From Chthoniobacteraceae bacterium (lineage in GTDB: Bacteria; Verrucomicrobiota; Verrucomicrobiia; Chthoniobacterales; Chthoniobacteraceae), in the NCBI GenBank assembly GCA_031409655.1, contig JANNXQ010000004.1:1-36067 (forward strand): a stretch of 36,067 nucleotides of DNA, written 5' to 3'. Below, piece after piece: positions 1 to 9,801 of this stretch (its first letter is position 1; every line of letters begins with the position of its first letter). The notes below the pieces were generated by a model that worked only from the letters and a program-made list of their open reading frames with translations, was not told the origin of the DNA and searched no databases. The translations under genes were made by a program, and so were the position numbers.

Positions 1-349
1 AAGGTCGAGCCCAAAGGGTCTTTTCGTCTGGAGACTTGTCGGCGTCGGTGCAGCCAAGAAAGCGCTTGAAGCTCAAGCGATCGGTAGTTTGAAACTCGAG
101 TTGCTGGTCGCTGAGTTGGCAGATGTTCTGGATGACCATGGCCTTGAACATCAACAAGGGGGCAAAGGGAGGCCTTCCACCCAACCCTTTGGGCTCGACC
201 TTGGGAAGGCGTTCCAGAACCGGCGCAAAAAGCACCCAGTCAATGACCACATCTAGGCGCGCGAGCGGATCCCCCATCTGGTGCAATTCCTCGAGCCTCA
301 TGGCTTTGTCGGAAAGGCCGCATTCTTTGGCTTGAATATACTTACTCAT
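1..349 (-). CDS. IS5-family transposase, N-terminal (DUF772-like) part; runs off the window
   Basis: Hand translation from ATG 349, open to position 1: MSKYIQAKECGLSDKAMRLEELHQMGDPLARLDVVIDWVLFAPVLERLPKVEPKGLGGRPPFAPLLMFKAMVIQNICQLSDQQLEFQTTDRLSFKRFLGCTDADKSPDEKTLW. Contains IS5 motifs GDPL/IDW, GGRPP, LSD, DRLSFxRFLG and PDxxT. Not in the ORF track because there is no stop in the window. Confidence 0.88.
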   Translation of the reverse strand, partial: MSKYIQAKECGLSDKAMRLEELHQMGDPLARLDVVIDWVLFAPVLERLPKVEPKGLGGRPPFAPLLMFKAMVIQNICQLSDQQLEFQTTDRLSFKRFLGCTDADKSPDEKTLWARP

Positions 350-451
350 TATGAGTGAGTCTTACGTCTATTCAGCCACAAGTAACAAGCACAAAGCTAT
401 CTATTCTTGCATCTTACACTAGTTTAGAAAAAATGAGTTTTAAGAGGTCCC
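1..451 (-). mobile_element. IS5-family insertion sequence, left part (truncated by the window edge)
   Basis: A transposase N-terminus reads on the - strand from 349. AT-rich DNA at 350-440 ends in GAGTTTTAAGAGGTCCC (435-451; GGGACCTCTTAAAACTC on -), which resembles an IS5-type terminal repeat. Unrelated PA14-coding sequence resumes abruptly at 452. The exact end is uncertain by 1-2 bp. Confidence 0.8.
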
Positions 452-568
452 CTCAAGCAAAGCGCCTCGGTCGCCCTGGCCATCCCCGCCAACCCGGCAA
501 CTCGCTACCGCATCCGGGTCGAGCACGTCGAATCCACCGGCCACGCCACCTGCCGGCTCCAGTGGAAT

Positions 569-3500
569 GTGAATGGCGGCGCGTTCGCCAACATTCCCCA
601 GGCGCAGGTTTTCTCGCACACCCAGGCGACCACCTATAGCTATACAAACCACACCTCGACCACGGGCACGATCGTCGTCACGCCTACAGGCGGGCATTCT
701 CTCTCGGTTGGGAATTCGGGGAATTTGAAATTCTCGACGGGCAACCTGTTCAGTGCGTCGGCTGGCTACACCGGGGCTTATACGATTACGGCGGTGAACG
801 GCACGTCCACCTTCACCGTAGGAATCACCGGAACGGCCTTGCCCGCTACGGGCACCGGAGCTGGCTTTGTGGACAATAGCGCCAGCACCACTACCGGGTT
901 GCTGGGTTGCATCTACGCAAACACGAGCTTCTCAGGGTCTCCTGGACGTATTCCCGTGGATACCGCGGTCACATCGTCAAATAACGGGATCTGGGGAACC
1001 GGGACGGCGGATCCGTTGATTTTCCCCGATACCTTCTCCGTGCGTTGGACTCGCCAGGTGCTTCCGCAGTATTCGGAAGACTACACCTTCGTGGTGAATT
1101 GCGAGGATGCGGCAAAGTTGTGGATCAATGGTCAGCCGCAAGTCTTGCGGGTGGCTGCGGCGGGGAATAGCGCCGGCACCTACAGCTATAACACCAGCAC
1201 TGGAAACACCGTCGTCACCCACACAAACATTCCTGCCGGTAGCTTCACCGTCGGTGAGACCGTGCGCGTTGATCCTTCGAGCGGCAAACTAAACAGTTTG
1301 CCGTATGCCGACTACGTCGTGACAGCCGTTGGGCCTGGAACATTCACTATCAACAATGGCGCCGGAGCCTTCGCGACTGGCACCGGCAACTGCAACATCG
1401 AATGGCTCAACAAGCCGATCGATTGGACTTCTGCCTCAAATACAGGGTCTGATCGATACGCTCGCATCTCCCTCGTGGGCGGGGTCCGGTACGACATTCG
1501 GCTCGATTACTTTGAAAATACGAGCACGGCCAAGTGCCAACTCAGTTGGTACAGCCCGAGCCAGACGAAGCAAATCATCCCACAGGCGCGTCTCTTTCCG
1601 GCAAACTCTACGCTCCAGCCCGCCAACGCGGTGAGTGCGACCAGCGTGACGGCCTACGCGGGTGGCCCGTTTAGCTACGTGATCGCGGGCACGAACGGCG
1701 GTACTTTTACGGTGGCTGGCATGCCTGCGTGGCTGAACATTGCCGGCAACGTGCTCAGTGGAAACCCACCGGCGGGCGTGGCGGCTGACTATCAGCTTCT
1801 GATCACGATCACGAACTCGGTTGGATCAGGGGATTCCGTCGTGAATCTCCATGTGGAAGACAACACCGCCACACCGATCGTGCGCGAGTATTGGAGCGGG
1901 GTCGTCGGAACCACTGTGGCGACCATTCCGACAACGACCGCGCCTAGCGGCACGGCCAATCTGACCTCGCTCGAAGCGCCGACGGATTTCGGTGAAGACT
2001 ACGGTGCCCGCATCCGGGGATTCCTCTCTGCGCCGACCACTGGAAACTACTACTTCTGGATCGCGGGAAACAACGCTGCGGAATTGTGGATTTCCAATGA
2101 CGCCGATCCGGTGAACGCGATCAAGCGGGTCTACGTCACTACCGGCACCGCCTCACAGGAGTGGAACGCCGCGGGCGAGACGCACCAAAAGTCGCCATGG
2201 CTGGCCCTGGAGGAGGGTAAAAAGTACTACATCGAAATCCTGCACAAGGCTGGAACTGGGGTCGGCGACAACCTTGCCGTCGGTTGGGCGAAGCCCGGTC
2301 AGTCCGGCTCCGCCCCGAGCCAAGTGGTGCCAGGTTATGCGCTTTCCACTTATATTGCACCAGCCCCGGGTTCGACGCCCGGAACTCTCTATTTCTCAAC
2401 GATGCTCGCTCAAGCGGGGGCTGTGGGACTGACCCCAAATGCCCCGGTGAACGGAGTCGGCACCGCCACCCTGCGCGTAAGTGAGAACGAAACCGTGGCC
2501 ATTCTGAAGTTTAACCACAGCGGGTTGACGGGTTCGGTGACCCAAAAGCACATTCACGCCGATCCTTACCTGACCCATCCGTCGCAGATCATCTTCGATA
2601 TCGACGCTCCGGAGAACCCAGGCGATGGATTGATCACGTCCGGTCCGGATGCTGGAGGCTATCAGTGGACGATCACGGATCGCGGCACGCTGACGGCTGC
2701 CGAAATGCGCGAGATCATCAAGCAAGGCAAGGCTTACATCAACCTCCACACGGCCATCAATCCGACCGGCGAAATCCGCGGAAACTTTACCTTGGCCGCC
2801 GGTTCCCGGACCTTCAGCCCGCCGCCGCCGCCGCCTTCCTGGAGCGACGATTCCAACACGGACGCGGGAGCCGCACGTTTCCTGGCCCAAGCGACCTTTG
2901 GGCCGAATATCGCCGATATTACCTCGCTCAAGACCTCCAGTCCCGGATCTTACGCAACCCGCTACGAAGCCTGGATCGAAGATCAGTTCCTCAAGCCAGT
3001 GAGCCATCAACTGCCGGAAGTGCAGGCTAGGGAGCTTTCAGACGCCAATGGGGGCTCGCAATTCAGTGAGACGCTGACCTTCAATGCCTGGTGGTGGAAT
3101 TCGATCATCGGTGACGATCAACTCCGCCAGCGCGTCGCCTATGCTCTGAGCCAGATCCACGTGGTCTCCGCGCAAGGGCCACTCGATAATCGGGCGGACG
3201 CCTTGTCGTATTTTTACGACAATCTGGCGGACAACGCCTTTGGCAGTTTCCGGACGATCCTCGAAACCACCACCCTCCTACCGGCGATGGGCCGGTATCT
3301 CGATATGCTCCGCAACGACAAACCCGACCAGTCAGTCGGACGGATCCCGAACGAAAATTATGCCCGTGAGATCAAGCAACTCTTCTCGCTCGGTCTCAAC
3401 CGCATGTGGCCTGATGGAACATTGATGCTGAATTCCCAGGACTCGCCAATCGACACCTATACCCAACTGGAGATCGTCGGCTTTGCCCATGTCTTCACCG

Positions 3501-5659
3501 GGTGGGACTACGGGTACGATGGCGCCTATCGGACCGCGCTGAATGCTCCGACAAACTGGACGCGCCAGATGAGAGAGGTTCCGGCGCGCCACTACACTGG
3601 GCCAAAGCGGATTTTGAATAACGAGGTGCTGCCTGGGTTGACGTCGCTGGGCGGCCAGCAAGTCGATCCGTTCGCAACCCACAATACTACGCAGTATAAC
3701 GATCCCGCCTATCAGGCTCTGCCGGCTCAGGAACTCGCGGCTGCGCACGATCAGCTCTTCAATCATCCGAACGTCGGACCTTTCGTCTGCCGCCAACTCA
3801 TCCAGCGCCTGGTGACCAGCCATCCTTCGCGCGATTACCTCTACCGCGTGGTGCAGAAATTCAATGACAATGGCTCCGGGGTGCGGGGTGACATGAAGGC
3901 GGTGGTCAAGGCTGTCCTCCTCGACTACGAGGCCCGCAGCACCGCCAACGTCACCAAGCCATCCTACGGCAAGCAGCGCGAAGCGGTCCTGCGGGTTGCG
4001 GCGGCGGCCCGCGCCTTCCGGCAGGGCAGCGGCAGCGGTTCTTACGATCAGGCCAATGCGCAGACCGCCGCCGTCGGCGATCACGTAATCAAGATCAGCA
4101 TGGCTAATAAGTTCACAGGCGGCAACACGGTCTTCCTCGAGTTCACGCACCCTCCGGGTGTATTCGTACCTGGAGATACCACTCCGACTTCGGAGGCTTA
4201 CACCGTGCTGACCACGCCGGCTCCGAATTCCAGCGTTTTTTATGTGAATGCCAAGGAATGGACTGGCGTGAGTACTTCAAACGGCCAAGACAATGATGGC
4301 ATCTCCGGTACCTATTCGCAGATCAACCCGACTACCATCCGGGTATCCATCAGCAGCCACTGGCTCCCGGTGGGAGGCAAAGCCTACCTCGACTTCGAAA
4401 TCCCGAGTGGCACCGCGGTTCCCGATGGCATGTATGCGGCGACGAATATAGAAAGCGCGGGTGCAGGCGGAGCTTATTTTGACATTGCCGTTTCTGGCAC
4501 CACTGGACGCAGCGGTCGGGTGCGCATGGTGCGCTTCCAAGGCTCGTTCACGGTTTCAAATTCGAACCTTGCGATCCCACAAGAAAGGCGCATCACCCTC
4601 GATACGACCTCCGGCGGCATTGCCGATCACCATCTCGTCGCGACCAATCCGATCTTCCTGAACTTCACCGTGGGTAACCCTCAGCCTTTGGACGATGAGC
4701 TCGTCGTCGAGAACGTGCCCGACTCGAATACCTTCACCGTGCTCACCGATCTCGTCGGCGTCGGGGGTGGTAACGACGGCGACAATGGGATGTGGATGTT
4801 CCCGCTCGTGAGCCAGCCGATGGCGCGCAGCGGTGCGAGCGGCAGTGTCATCGGGCTCTCGAGCACCTACAATATGGGTCTGACTGATGCGGACATCGAT
4901 CAGACTCCGCTCAACTCGCCGACGGTCTTCAACTTCTTCCTGCCCGACTACAAGTACCCTGGCGCTCTGGCTTCGCAGGGCATCACCACCCCGGAGTTCC
5001 AGGACACTGCCGAGACCTCTGTGGTCCGTCAGGCGAACTTCCTCTTCAACGGCATTTTCAATCCTGGGAATACCAACGGCATCAGTAGCTTCAAGTCCGG
5101 CACCCATGCTCTCGTCTTGGATCTCACTCCGTGGATGGCAAATGCCACTGATATCGGCCTCGGCGCGGGCCCGCAGACCAGCCAGGCTTGGACAAACAAT
5201 GCAAACCTCCCCACCCTTGTTAGCCATCTGGGCACGCTGCTCGTCCCCGGCGGGATGCCGTCCAACCGGCGAACGATCATCGAGGACTTCCTGACGTATG
5301 AGCGGACGATCTCGGGCATCACCAACGGTTCCAATCCGTGCTCGATTGACACATCCGCCTCCCACAACCTGACGACTGGCGATTACGTAACGTTGAGCGG
5401 CATCACAGCAGGAACCTTCCAGATTATCTCCGATTCCTCAACCGTGGCCATCAACAGCACGTGGAAGATCACGGTCGTCGATGCCAATACGTTCACGTTG
5501 GACGTGGTCAAATTGAGCGGCGCGGAAACCTTGAGCAGTGCCCGCGTCTCCTACGTGCCTTACACCAACTCGGCGGCGACCGATACCAACAAGCGCGACC
5601 GCCTGCGCTCCATCCTCCACCTGATCCTCACCAGCCCCGACTACACCATCCAGCGATAG
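569..5659 (+). CDS. Large DUF1800-family protein with PA14, Ig-like and CHRD domains; 5' end removed by the IS (frame open from ~452)
   Basis: DUF1800 motifs ARFLAQATFG, QLRQRVAYALSQIHVVS, PNENYAREIKQLFSLG and GDMKAVVKAVLLDYEAR. PA14 motifs FSVRW/YDIRLDYFEN and YGARIRGFL..P.TG.Y.F. CHRD motif AYINLHTAINPTGEIRG. No signal peptide, and in-frame codons 452-568 encode the end of another PA14 domain. Confidence 0.88.
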   Translation: MNGGAFANIPQAQVFSHTQATTYSYTNHTSTTGTIVVTPTGGHSLSVGNSGNLKFSTGNLFSASAGYTGAYTITAVNGTSTFTVGITGTALPATGTGAGFVDNSASTTTGLLGCIYANTSFSGSPGRIPVDTAVTSSNNGIWGTGTADPLIFPDTFSVRWTRQVLPQYSEDYTFVVNCEDAAKLWINGQPQVLRVAAAGNSAGTYSYNTSTGNTVVTHTNIPAGSFTVGETVRVDPSSGKLNSLPYADYVVTAVGPGTFTINNGAGAFATGTGNCNIEWLNKPIDWTSASNTGSDRYARISLVGGVRYDIRLDYFENTSTAKCQLSWYSPSQTKQIIPQARLFPANSTLQPANAVSATSVTAYAGGPFSYVIAGTNGGTFTVAGMPAWLNIAGNVLSGNPPAGVAADYQLLITITNSVGSGDSVVNLHVEDNTATPIVREYWSGVVGTTVATIPTTTAPSGTANLTSLEAPTDFGEDYGARIRGFLSAPTTGNYYFWIAGNNAAELWISNDADPVNAIKRVYVTTGTASQEWNAAGETHQKSPWLALEEGKKYYIEILHKAGTGVGDNLAVGWAKPGQSGSAPSQVVPGYALSTYIAPAPGSTPGTLYFSTMLAQAGAVGLTPNAPVNGVGTATLRVSENETVAILKFNHSGLTGSVTQKHIHADPYLTHPSQIIFDIDAPENPGDGLITSGPDAGGYQWTITDRGTLTAAEMREIIKQGKAYINLHTAINPTGEIRGNFTLAAGSRTFSPPPPPPSWSDDSNTDAGAARFLAQATFGPNIADITSLKTSSPGSYATRYEAWIEDQFLKPVSHQLPEVQARELSDANGGSQFSETLTFNAWWWNSIIGDDQLRQRVAYALSQIHVVSAQGPLDNRADALSYFYDNLADNAFGSFRTILETTTLLPAMGRYLDMLRNDKPDQSVGRIPNENYAREIKQLFSLGLNRMWPDGTLMLNSQDSPIDTYTQLEIVGFAHVFTGWDYGYDGAYRTALNAPTNWTRQMREVPARHYTGPKRILNNEVLPGLTSLGGQQVDPFATHNTTQYNDPAYQALPAQELAAAHDQLFNHPNVGPFVCRQLIQRLVTSHPSRDYLYRVVQKFNDNGSGVRGDMKAVVKAVLLDYEARSTANVTKPSYGKQREAVLRVAAAARAFRQGSGSGSYDQANAQTAAVGDHVIKISMANKFTGGNTVFLEFTHPPGVFVPGDTTPTSEAYTVLTTPAPNSSVFYVNAKEWTGVSTSNGQDNDGISGTYSQINPTTIRVSISSHWLPVGGKAYLDFEIPSGTAVPDGMYAATNIESAGAGGAYFDIAVSGTTGRSGRVRMVRFQGSFTVSNSNLAIPQERRITLDTTSGGIADHHLVATNPIFLNFTVGNPQPLDDELVVENVPDSNTFTVLTDLVGVGGGNDGDNGMWMFPLVSQPMARSGASGSVIGLSSTYNMGLTDADIDQTPLNSPTVFNFFLPDYKYPGALASQGITTPEFQDTAETSVVRQANFLFNGIFNPGNTNGISSFKSGTHALVLDLTPWMANATDIGLGAGPQTSQAWTNNANLPTLVSHLGTLLVPGGMPSNRRTIIEDFLTYERTISGITNGSNPCSIDTSASHNLTTGDYVTLSGITAGTFQIISDSSTVAINSTWKITVVDANTFTLDVVKLSGAETLSSARVSYVPYTNSAATDTNKRDRLRSILHLILTSPDYTIQR

Positions 5660-5665
5660 ACCGTT

Positions 5666-7155
5666 ATGAGCACCGACCAAGATCCAAAACTCACGACCCG
5701 CAGGGACTTCTTTCGACAGGCTTCCTGCGCCGCCGTCGGCACAGTGGCGTTGAGAAGCACGCTCCGCGATCTGCGGATGATCAATCGCGCCGTGGCCCAA
5801 GCCCCACTGCCAGGCTACAAAGCGCTCGTCTGCATCTTCCTCGGCGGGGGCAACGACGCAAACAACTGGATCGTTCCTACGGATACTGCCGCCTACGGCA
5901 GCTACACCGAGATCCGCGGCAATCTCGCGATCCCGCAAACTTCGCTGCAGACTCTGCGCACCGGACCCCTCGGCACCAGTCCCGCTTATACGGATGCGGA
6001 CGGACACACCTACGGATTTCACCCGACTTGCACGAAGCTCCAGCAACTCTTCGGGGAAAAGAAACTGTCCGTGCTCTTCAATGTTGGCACATTGGTGCGG
6101 CCGACCACGCGGACCCAGTATCTCTCCACTAACGGAGCCTTCTACAAGCCCCCGCAGCTCTTCTCGCACAGCGATCAGGTCACCCAATGGCAGACCTCCA
6201 TCCCCGACCAACCCCCGACCACTGGCTGGGGGGGCGGGTCGCGGACATTCTGAACTCGGATGCCAACGAGTTCGGAAACATCTCGATGTCCGTCTCCGTC
6301 AACGGAGCGAATACCTTTGAGATCGGCAATCTGATCTCCCAGTACCACGTCTCCACGACCGGGGCTGTGACCATGAGTGGCAACCTGATGACTGATGGCG
6401 GCGCCCGGGTGCGTGCGCTCCGGGATATCCTCTCGTTGAACAACAGCACCAGTACTCCCAACTTGCAGCAGGGAGCCTACGCCGACGTCGTTGATCGAGC
6501 GGTCTATACCGGCGACCTGCTCAATACCGCCATCCTTGACACGGTGAACAACGCTTACTGGACCGTCCCGTTTCCGACTTCCTCGCTCGGCAACCAGTTG
6601 AAGATGATCGCCCGGCTCATCCAAGCCCGCGGGCCCACGAAGTTCAACATGGGGCGGCAGATTTTCTTCTGCAAGACCGGTGGGTTCGATACTCATACCG
6701 CGCAGGTCACCCTCACGCCAAATCTAAATACGACCACAGGCACCCACGCCACCCTGCTCAGCGACGTCAGTGAATGCATGTACGCCTTCCAAAAGGCCAT
6801 GGAACAGCTCGGGGCCGCTAATGATGTGACGAGCTTCACCGCCAGCGACTTCTCCCGCACCTTCCCCACCAACAGCCAGGGTAGCGACCATGGCTGGGGT
6901 TCCCATCACCTCATCATGGGTGGTGCGGCCTCGATCAACGGCGGAGCGACCTATGGGCATCTGCCCACCCTGGCCATCAATGGCCCCGATGACACCGGCA
7001 CCGGGCGTTGGATCCCGACCGTCTCGGTGGAGCAGCACTCGGCCACTCTCGCCAAGTGGTTTGGTGTGAACAGCACGAATATTCCGATCATCTTCCCGAA
7101 CATCAGCCGCTTCGACGGCACCCAGTATGGCCGGGACATCGGCTATCTGGTGTAG
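5666..7155 (+). pseudogene. DUF1501-family protein with Tat signal, split by a frameshift (ORFs 5666-6253 and 6187-7155)
   Basis: Twin-arginine signal TRRDFF; YKALVCIFLGGGND and LFSHSDQ in the first frame; GGFDTH, SDFSRT, GSDHGWG and GRWIPT in the second frame. The frames join at G7 (6228-6234), and one extra G restores TGWGGRVADIL. Starts 6 nt after the DUF1800 stop, the usual DUF1800-DUF1501 pairing. Confidence 0.88.
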
Positions 7156-7176
7156 GAAGGAGCGTCGACGCTCTTC

Positions 7177-7349
7177 CTGGCAGCCTGTTGAAATGCCTGG
7201 CGCTCGGTGGATGGAGCGCTCCGCCGCGCCATGCCAAACGCTCGCCGCAGGCCCAATTTTTTGGCGTGGCGCTTCGCGCGCACTTTTTCATGGCGCGAAG
7301 GAGCGCACCATCGACCGAGAGTCGGCATGGTTTCTAAACGCTTCGCCAA
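7177..7349. mobile_element. ~170-bp palindromic MITE-like element, copy 1 (right end degenerate)
   Basis: Begins CTGGCAGCCTGTTGAA and aligns by eye along its length with the reverse complement of 18923-19092. Shared blocks include CGGTGGATGG, CGCGCCATGCCAAACGCTCGCCG(C/A)AGGCCC, GTGGCGCT and CACCATC.ACCGAG. Confidence 0.75.
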
Positions 7350-7404
7350 AAACACAGGTGTCATCTTAATTTAGAAAGATGGTATAAGGTCGCGCTGAGA
7401 TTCG

Positions 7405-8442
7405 TCAGATTTCGGATCCGAGATCGATCGTGTTTTCGCCCAGGCCAGTGGGGAGCCAGTCTGCTTTTGTCGTTGTGATGAGCTTCTGGGCAGAGGCCGG
7501 GAGCGCGGTGAGGAGCGCGGCACGGCGGGTGGGATCGAGCTCGCCAAAGATGTCGTCGAGAAGCAGCACTGGCGGCAGCGTGAAGCAGCGCTCGAAAAGC
7601 CGGGCGGCGCCGAGCTTCAACGCCAGCACCAGCGTGCGCTGCTGACCTTCCGAGGCGAAGTCGTCCGCAGGGGTTTCATTCAGATGAAAGCGGACCTCGT
7701 CGCGATGCGGGCCGACGTTCGTTTGCCGAAGTCTAGCGTCTTCCGACTTGGCGGCGGCGAGTGCTGCCGGGAAGTCTCCGCCGCTGCTCGGGAGATACTC
7801 CAGGCGCAGCGCCTCGCGCCCTCCGCTGATTGCCTGGTGCGCTGCGTTGGCCTCTGGCTGGAGCTCGGCAAGGAGGCATCGGCGCGTCTCGGCGACGGCC
7901 GAGCCAGCGGTGAGGAGCGGCTCATCAAAGGCGGCGATTTCGCGCCAGCGTGGGGTGGGGGATTTGAGGAGCAGATTGCGGGAACGGAGCGCCCGCTCGT
8001 AGTCGCGCAGGGATCGGCGGTAGCCGGGATCGCGCTGGGTGGCGATGAAGTCGAGGAAACGGCGACGCCCTTCCGCCGAGCCGCGCGCGATCTCGATGTC
8101 CGCGTTTGAGAACCACACGACTCGACCGAGCTTCAGATATTCCGTCGCCGCCTTCTGCTCCACCTCGTCGAGCGCGAGTTTCTTCCGCTCGCGGCTGAAG
8201 TAAAACTGCAGATGCCGCTTCTCGAAGTAGCCATCGATGACGAAGCCCCGCCGGCCGTGCTGGATGGCATGGGCCAGCCGCGTGATGCGTGGCGAGGCGA
8301 GCCGCGCGAGGATACAGGCGGCTTCCAGGAGCGAGGTTTTCCCGCGGGCATTCGGTCCGACGAGGAGGTTGAGCCCTGGCTGGAACTCCACCTCGCGCGC
8401 TTCGAAGCAGCGGAAGTGGCGGACTTTGAGCGAGGAAAACAC
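7405..8442 (-). CDS. recF: DNA replication and repair protein RecF
   Basis: Walker A GPNARGKT; G..EGRRRFLD; YERALRSRN; VGPHRDE; ASEGQQRTLVLALKL; Walker B LLLDDIFGELD. Start placed at GTG 8442 (VFSSLKVRHFRCF) because the longer ORF overlaps hisS. Confidence 0.95.
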   Translation of the reverse strand: MFSSLKVRHFRCFEAREVEFQPGLNLLVGPNARGKTSLLEAACILARLASPRITRLAHAIQHGRRGFVIDGYFEKRHLQFYFSRERKKLALDEVEQKAATEYLKLGRVVWFSNADIEIARGSAEGRRRFLDFIATQRDPGYRRSLRDYERALRSRNLLLKSPTPRWREIAAFDEPLLTAGSAVAETRRCLLAELQPEANAAHQAISGGREALRLEYLPSSGGDFPAALAAAKSEDARLRQTNVGPHRDEVRFHLNETPADDFASEGQQRTLVLALKLGAARLFERCFTLPPVLLLDDIFGELDPTRRAALLTALPASAQKLITTTKADWLPTGLGENTIDLGSEI

Positions 8443-8537
8443 AGCGCGTCTGTAGAGGCTCCGGGAGGCGGGTTCAAGTCGCGCCCGGAGTTGCGCGAGC
8501 TTGCATCGGGCAAAGGCGAATCTAGCCTGCCCGCCCC

Positions 8538-9788
8538 ATGCAACTCCTGCCCGGTTTTCGCGATTTCTATCCTGCTGACTGCGCGCGGCGGAACTATATC
8601 CTCGCCCAGTGGCGCGAGGTGGCGCGGCGCTACGGGTTTGTGGAGTTCGACGGACCCACCGTCGAGCCAATCGCTTTGTATGAAAAGAAGAGTGGGGGCG
8701 AACTGGTCGGGCAAATGTTCACCGTGGGCGCGACGGCGGATCCAGGCGTGCTGAAGGGCGCGCTCCGGCCAGAGATGACACCGACGCTGGCGCGGATGGT
8801 TGTGGCGCGGGAGCGGGATTTCAAAAAGCCCATGAAGTGGTTTTGCGTGCCGCATTTCTTCCGGCATGAACGGCACGGGCGCGGGCGGCTGCGGGAATTC
8901 TATCAGCTCAATTGCGACATCATCGGCGACGCCTCGCCGGCGGCGGATGCGGAGCTGCTCGCCGTGCTCATCGACATGCTCCGCGTCTTCGGACTCGGTG
9001 CGGAGGACTTCGTCGTGCGGATCAGCGATCGTACGGCGTGGACCCAGTTTGCCACGGCGCGCGGCGTGCCGGAGGAGCGCGTGCTCGATTTTCTGGCCGT
9101 GATCGACAAGCTCGAACGCACTCCGCCCGAGGTCACGGAGAAGAAGCTCGGCGAGTTCGGTGTGACCCTCGCCGCGGTGCGCGAATTCCTCGCGAACCCC
9201 GCCGCGGAGGCGGCGCAACTCCGGGCCATCACCGACGATCTCCGCGTGCGCGGCCTCGATGGGTATGTGGAACTCGACCTCACGATCGTGCGTGGACTGG
9301 CCTACTATTCCGGCCTCGTTTTCGAGGTCTTCGATCGGCAGAAGAAGGAACGCGCGCTGGCGGGCGGTGGCCGCTATGACAAACTGCTGAGCCTCATGAG
9401 CGACGGGCGCGTGGACCTCCCGGCGCTGGGCTTCGGGATGGGGGACGTGGTGCTCGGAAATTTGCTCGACGAAACCCCGGCGGCGAAGGCGCGGCTCGAT
9501 GCGTGGATGGCGCGGGAGCATGGGTGTGAGATCTTCGTCGTCATCGCCCAGGAAGAACGCCGCGCGGACGCGCTCGGGCTCGTGCAGCGGCTGCGCGATG
9601 CCGGGCAGCGCACCGATTACCCGCTCACGGCGGCGAAGGTCGGCAAACAATTCCAAAACGCGGAGCTGCTCGGCGCGCGGCTCGCGATCCTCGTTGGCGA
9701 AGAGTGGCCGCTGGTGAAGGTGAAGACGCTGGCGACGCGCGAAGAACGGCTCCTGCCGATCGACGACGTGAGTCAGCTTGTTCGCTGA
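8538..9788 (+). CDS. hisS: Histidine--tRNA ligase
   Basis: GFRDFYP, LRPEMTP, FRHER..RGRLREFYQ, VRGLAYYSG, GGGRYD and C-terminal anticodon-binding domain. Confidence 0.96.
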   Translation: MQLLPGFRDFYPADCARRNYILAQWREVARRYGFVEFDGPTVEPIALYEKKSGGELVGQMFTVGATADPGVLKGALRPEMTPTLARMVVARERDFKKPMKWFCVPHFFRHERHGRGRLREFYQLNCDIIGDASPAADAELLAVLIDMLRVFGLGAEDFVVRISDRTAWTQFATARGVPEERVLDFLAVIDKLERTPPEVTEKKLGEFGVTLAAVREFLANPAAEAAQLRAITDDLRVRGLDGYVELDLTIVRGLAYYSGLVFEVFDRQKKERALAGGGRYDKLLSLMSDGRVDLPALGFGMGDVVLGNLLDETPAAKARLDAWMAREHGCEIFVVIAQEERRADALGLVQRLRDAGQRTDYPLTAAKVGKQFQNAELLGARLAILVGEEWPLVKVKTLATREERLLPIDDVSQLVR

Positions 9789-9801
9789 ATCGGGCGCGCC
9801 C

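Noticed and set aside
1..202. Perfect 19-bp inverted repeat between 1-19 (AAGGTCGAGCCCAAAGGGT) and 184-202
   Set aside because: Both arms are inside the transposase frame and one is exactly at the sequence edge. This is more likely a fold-back or chimeric contig-end artefact than IS termini.
344..356. Dyad ACTCAT-T-ATGAGT over the transposase start codon
   Set aside because: Could be regulatory, but it is too short to distinguish from chance.
7155..7177. Palindrome GAGCGTCGACGCTC right after the DUF1501 stop
   Set aside because: No T-tract and no loop, so it is not supportable as an intrinsic terminator.
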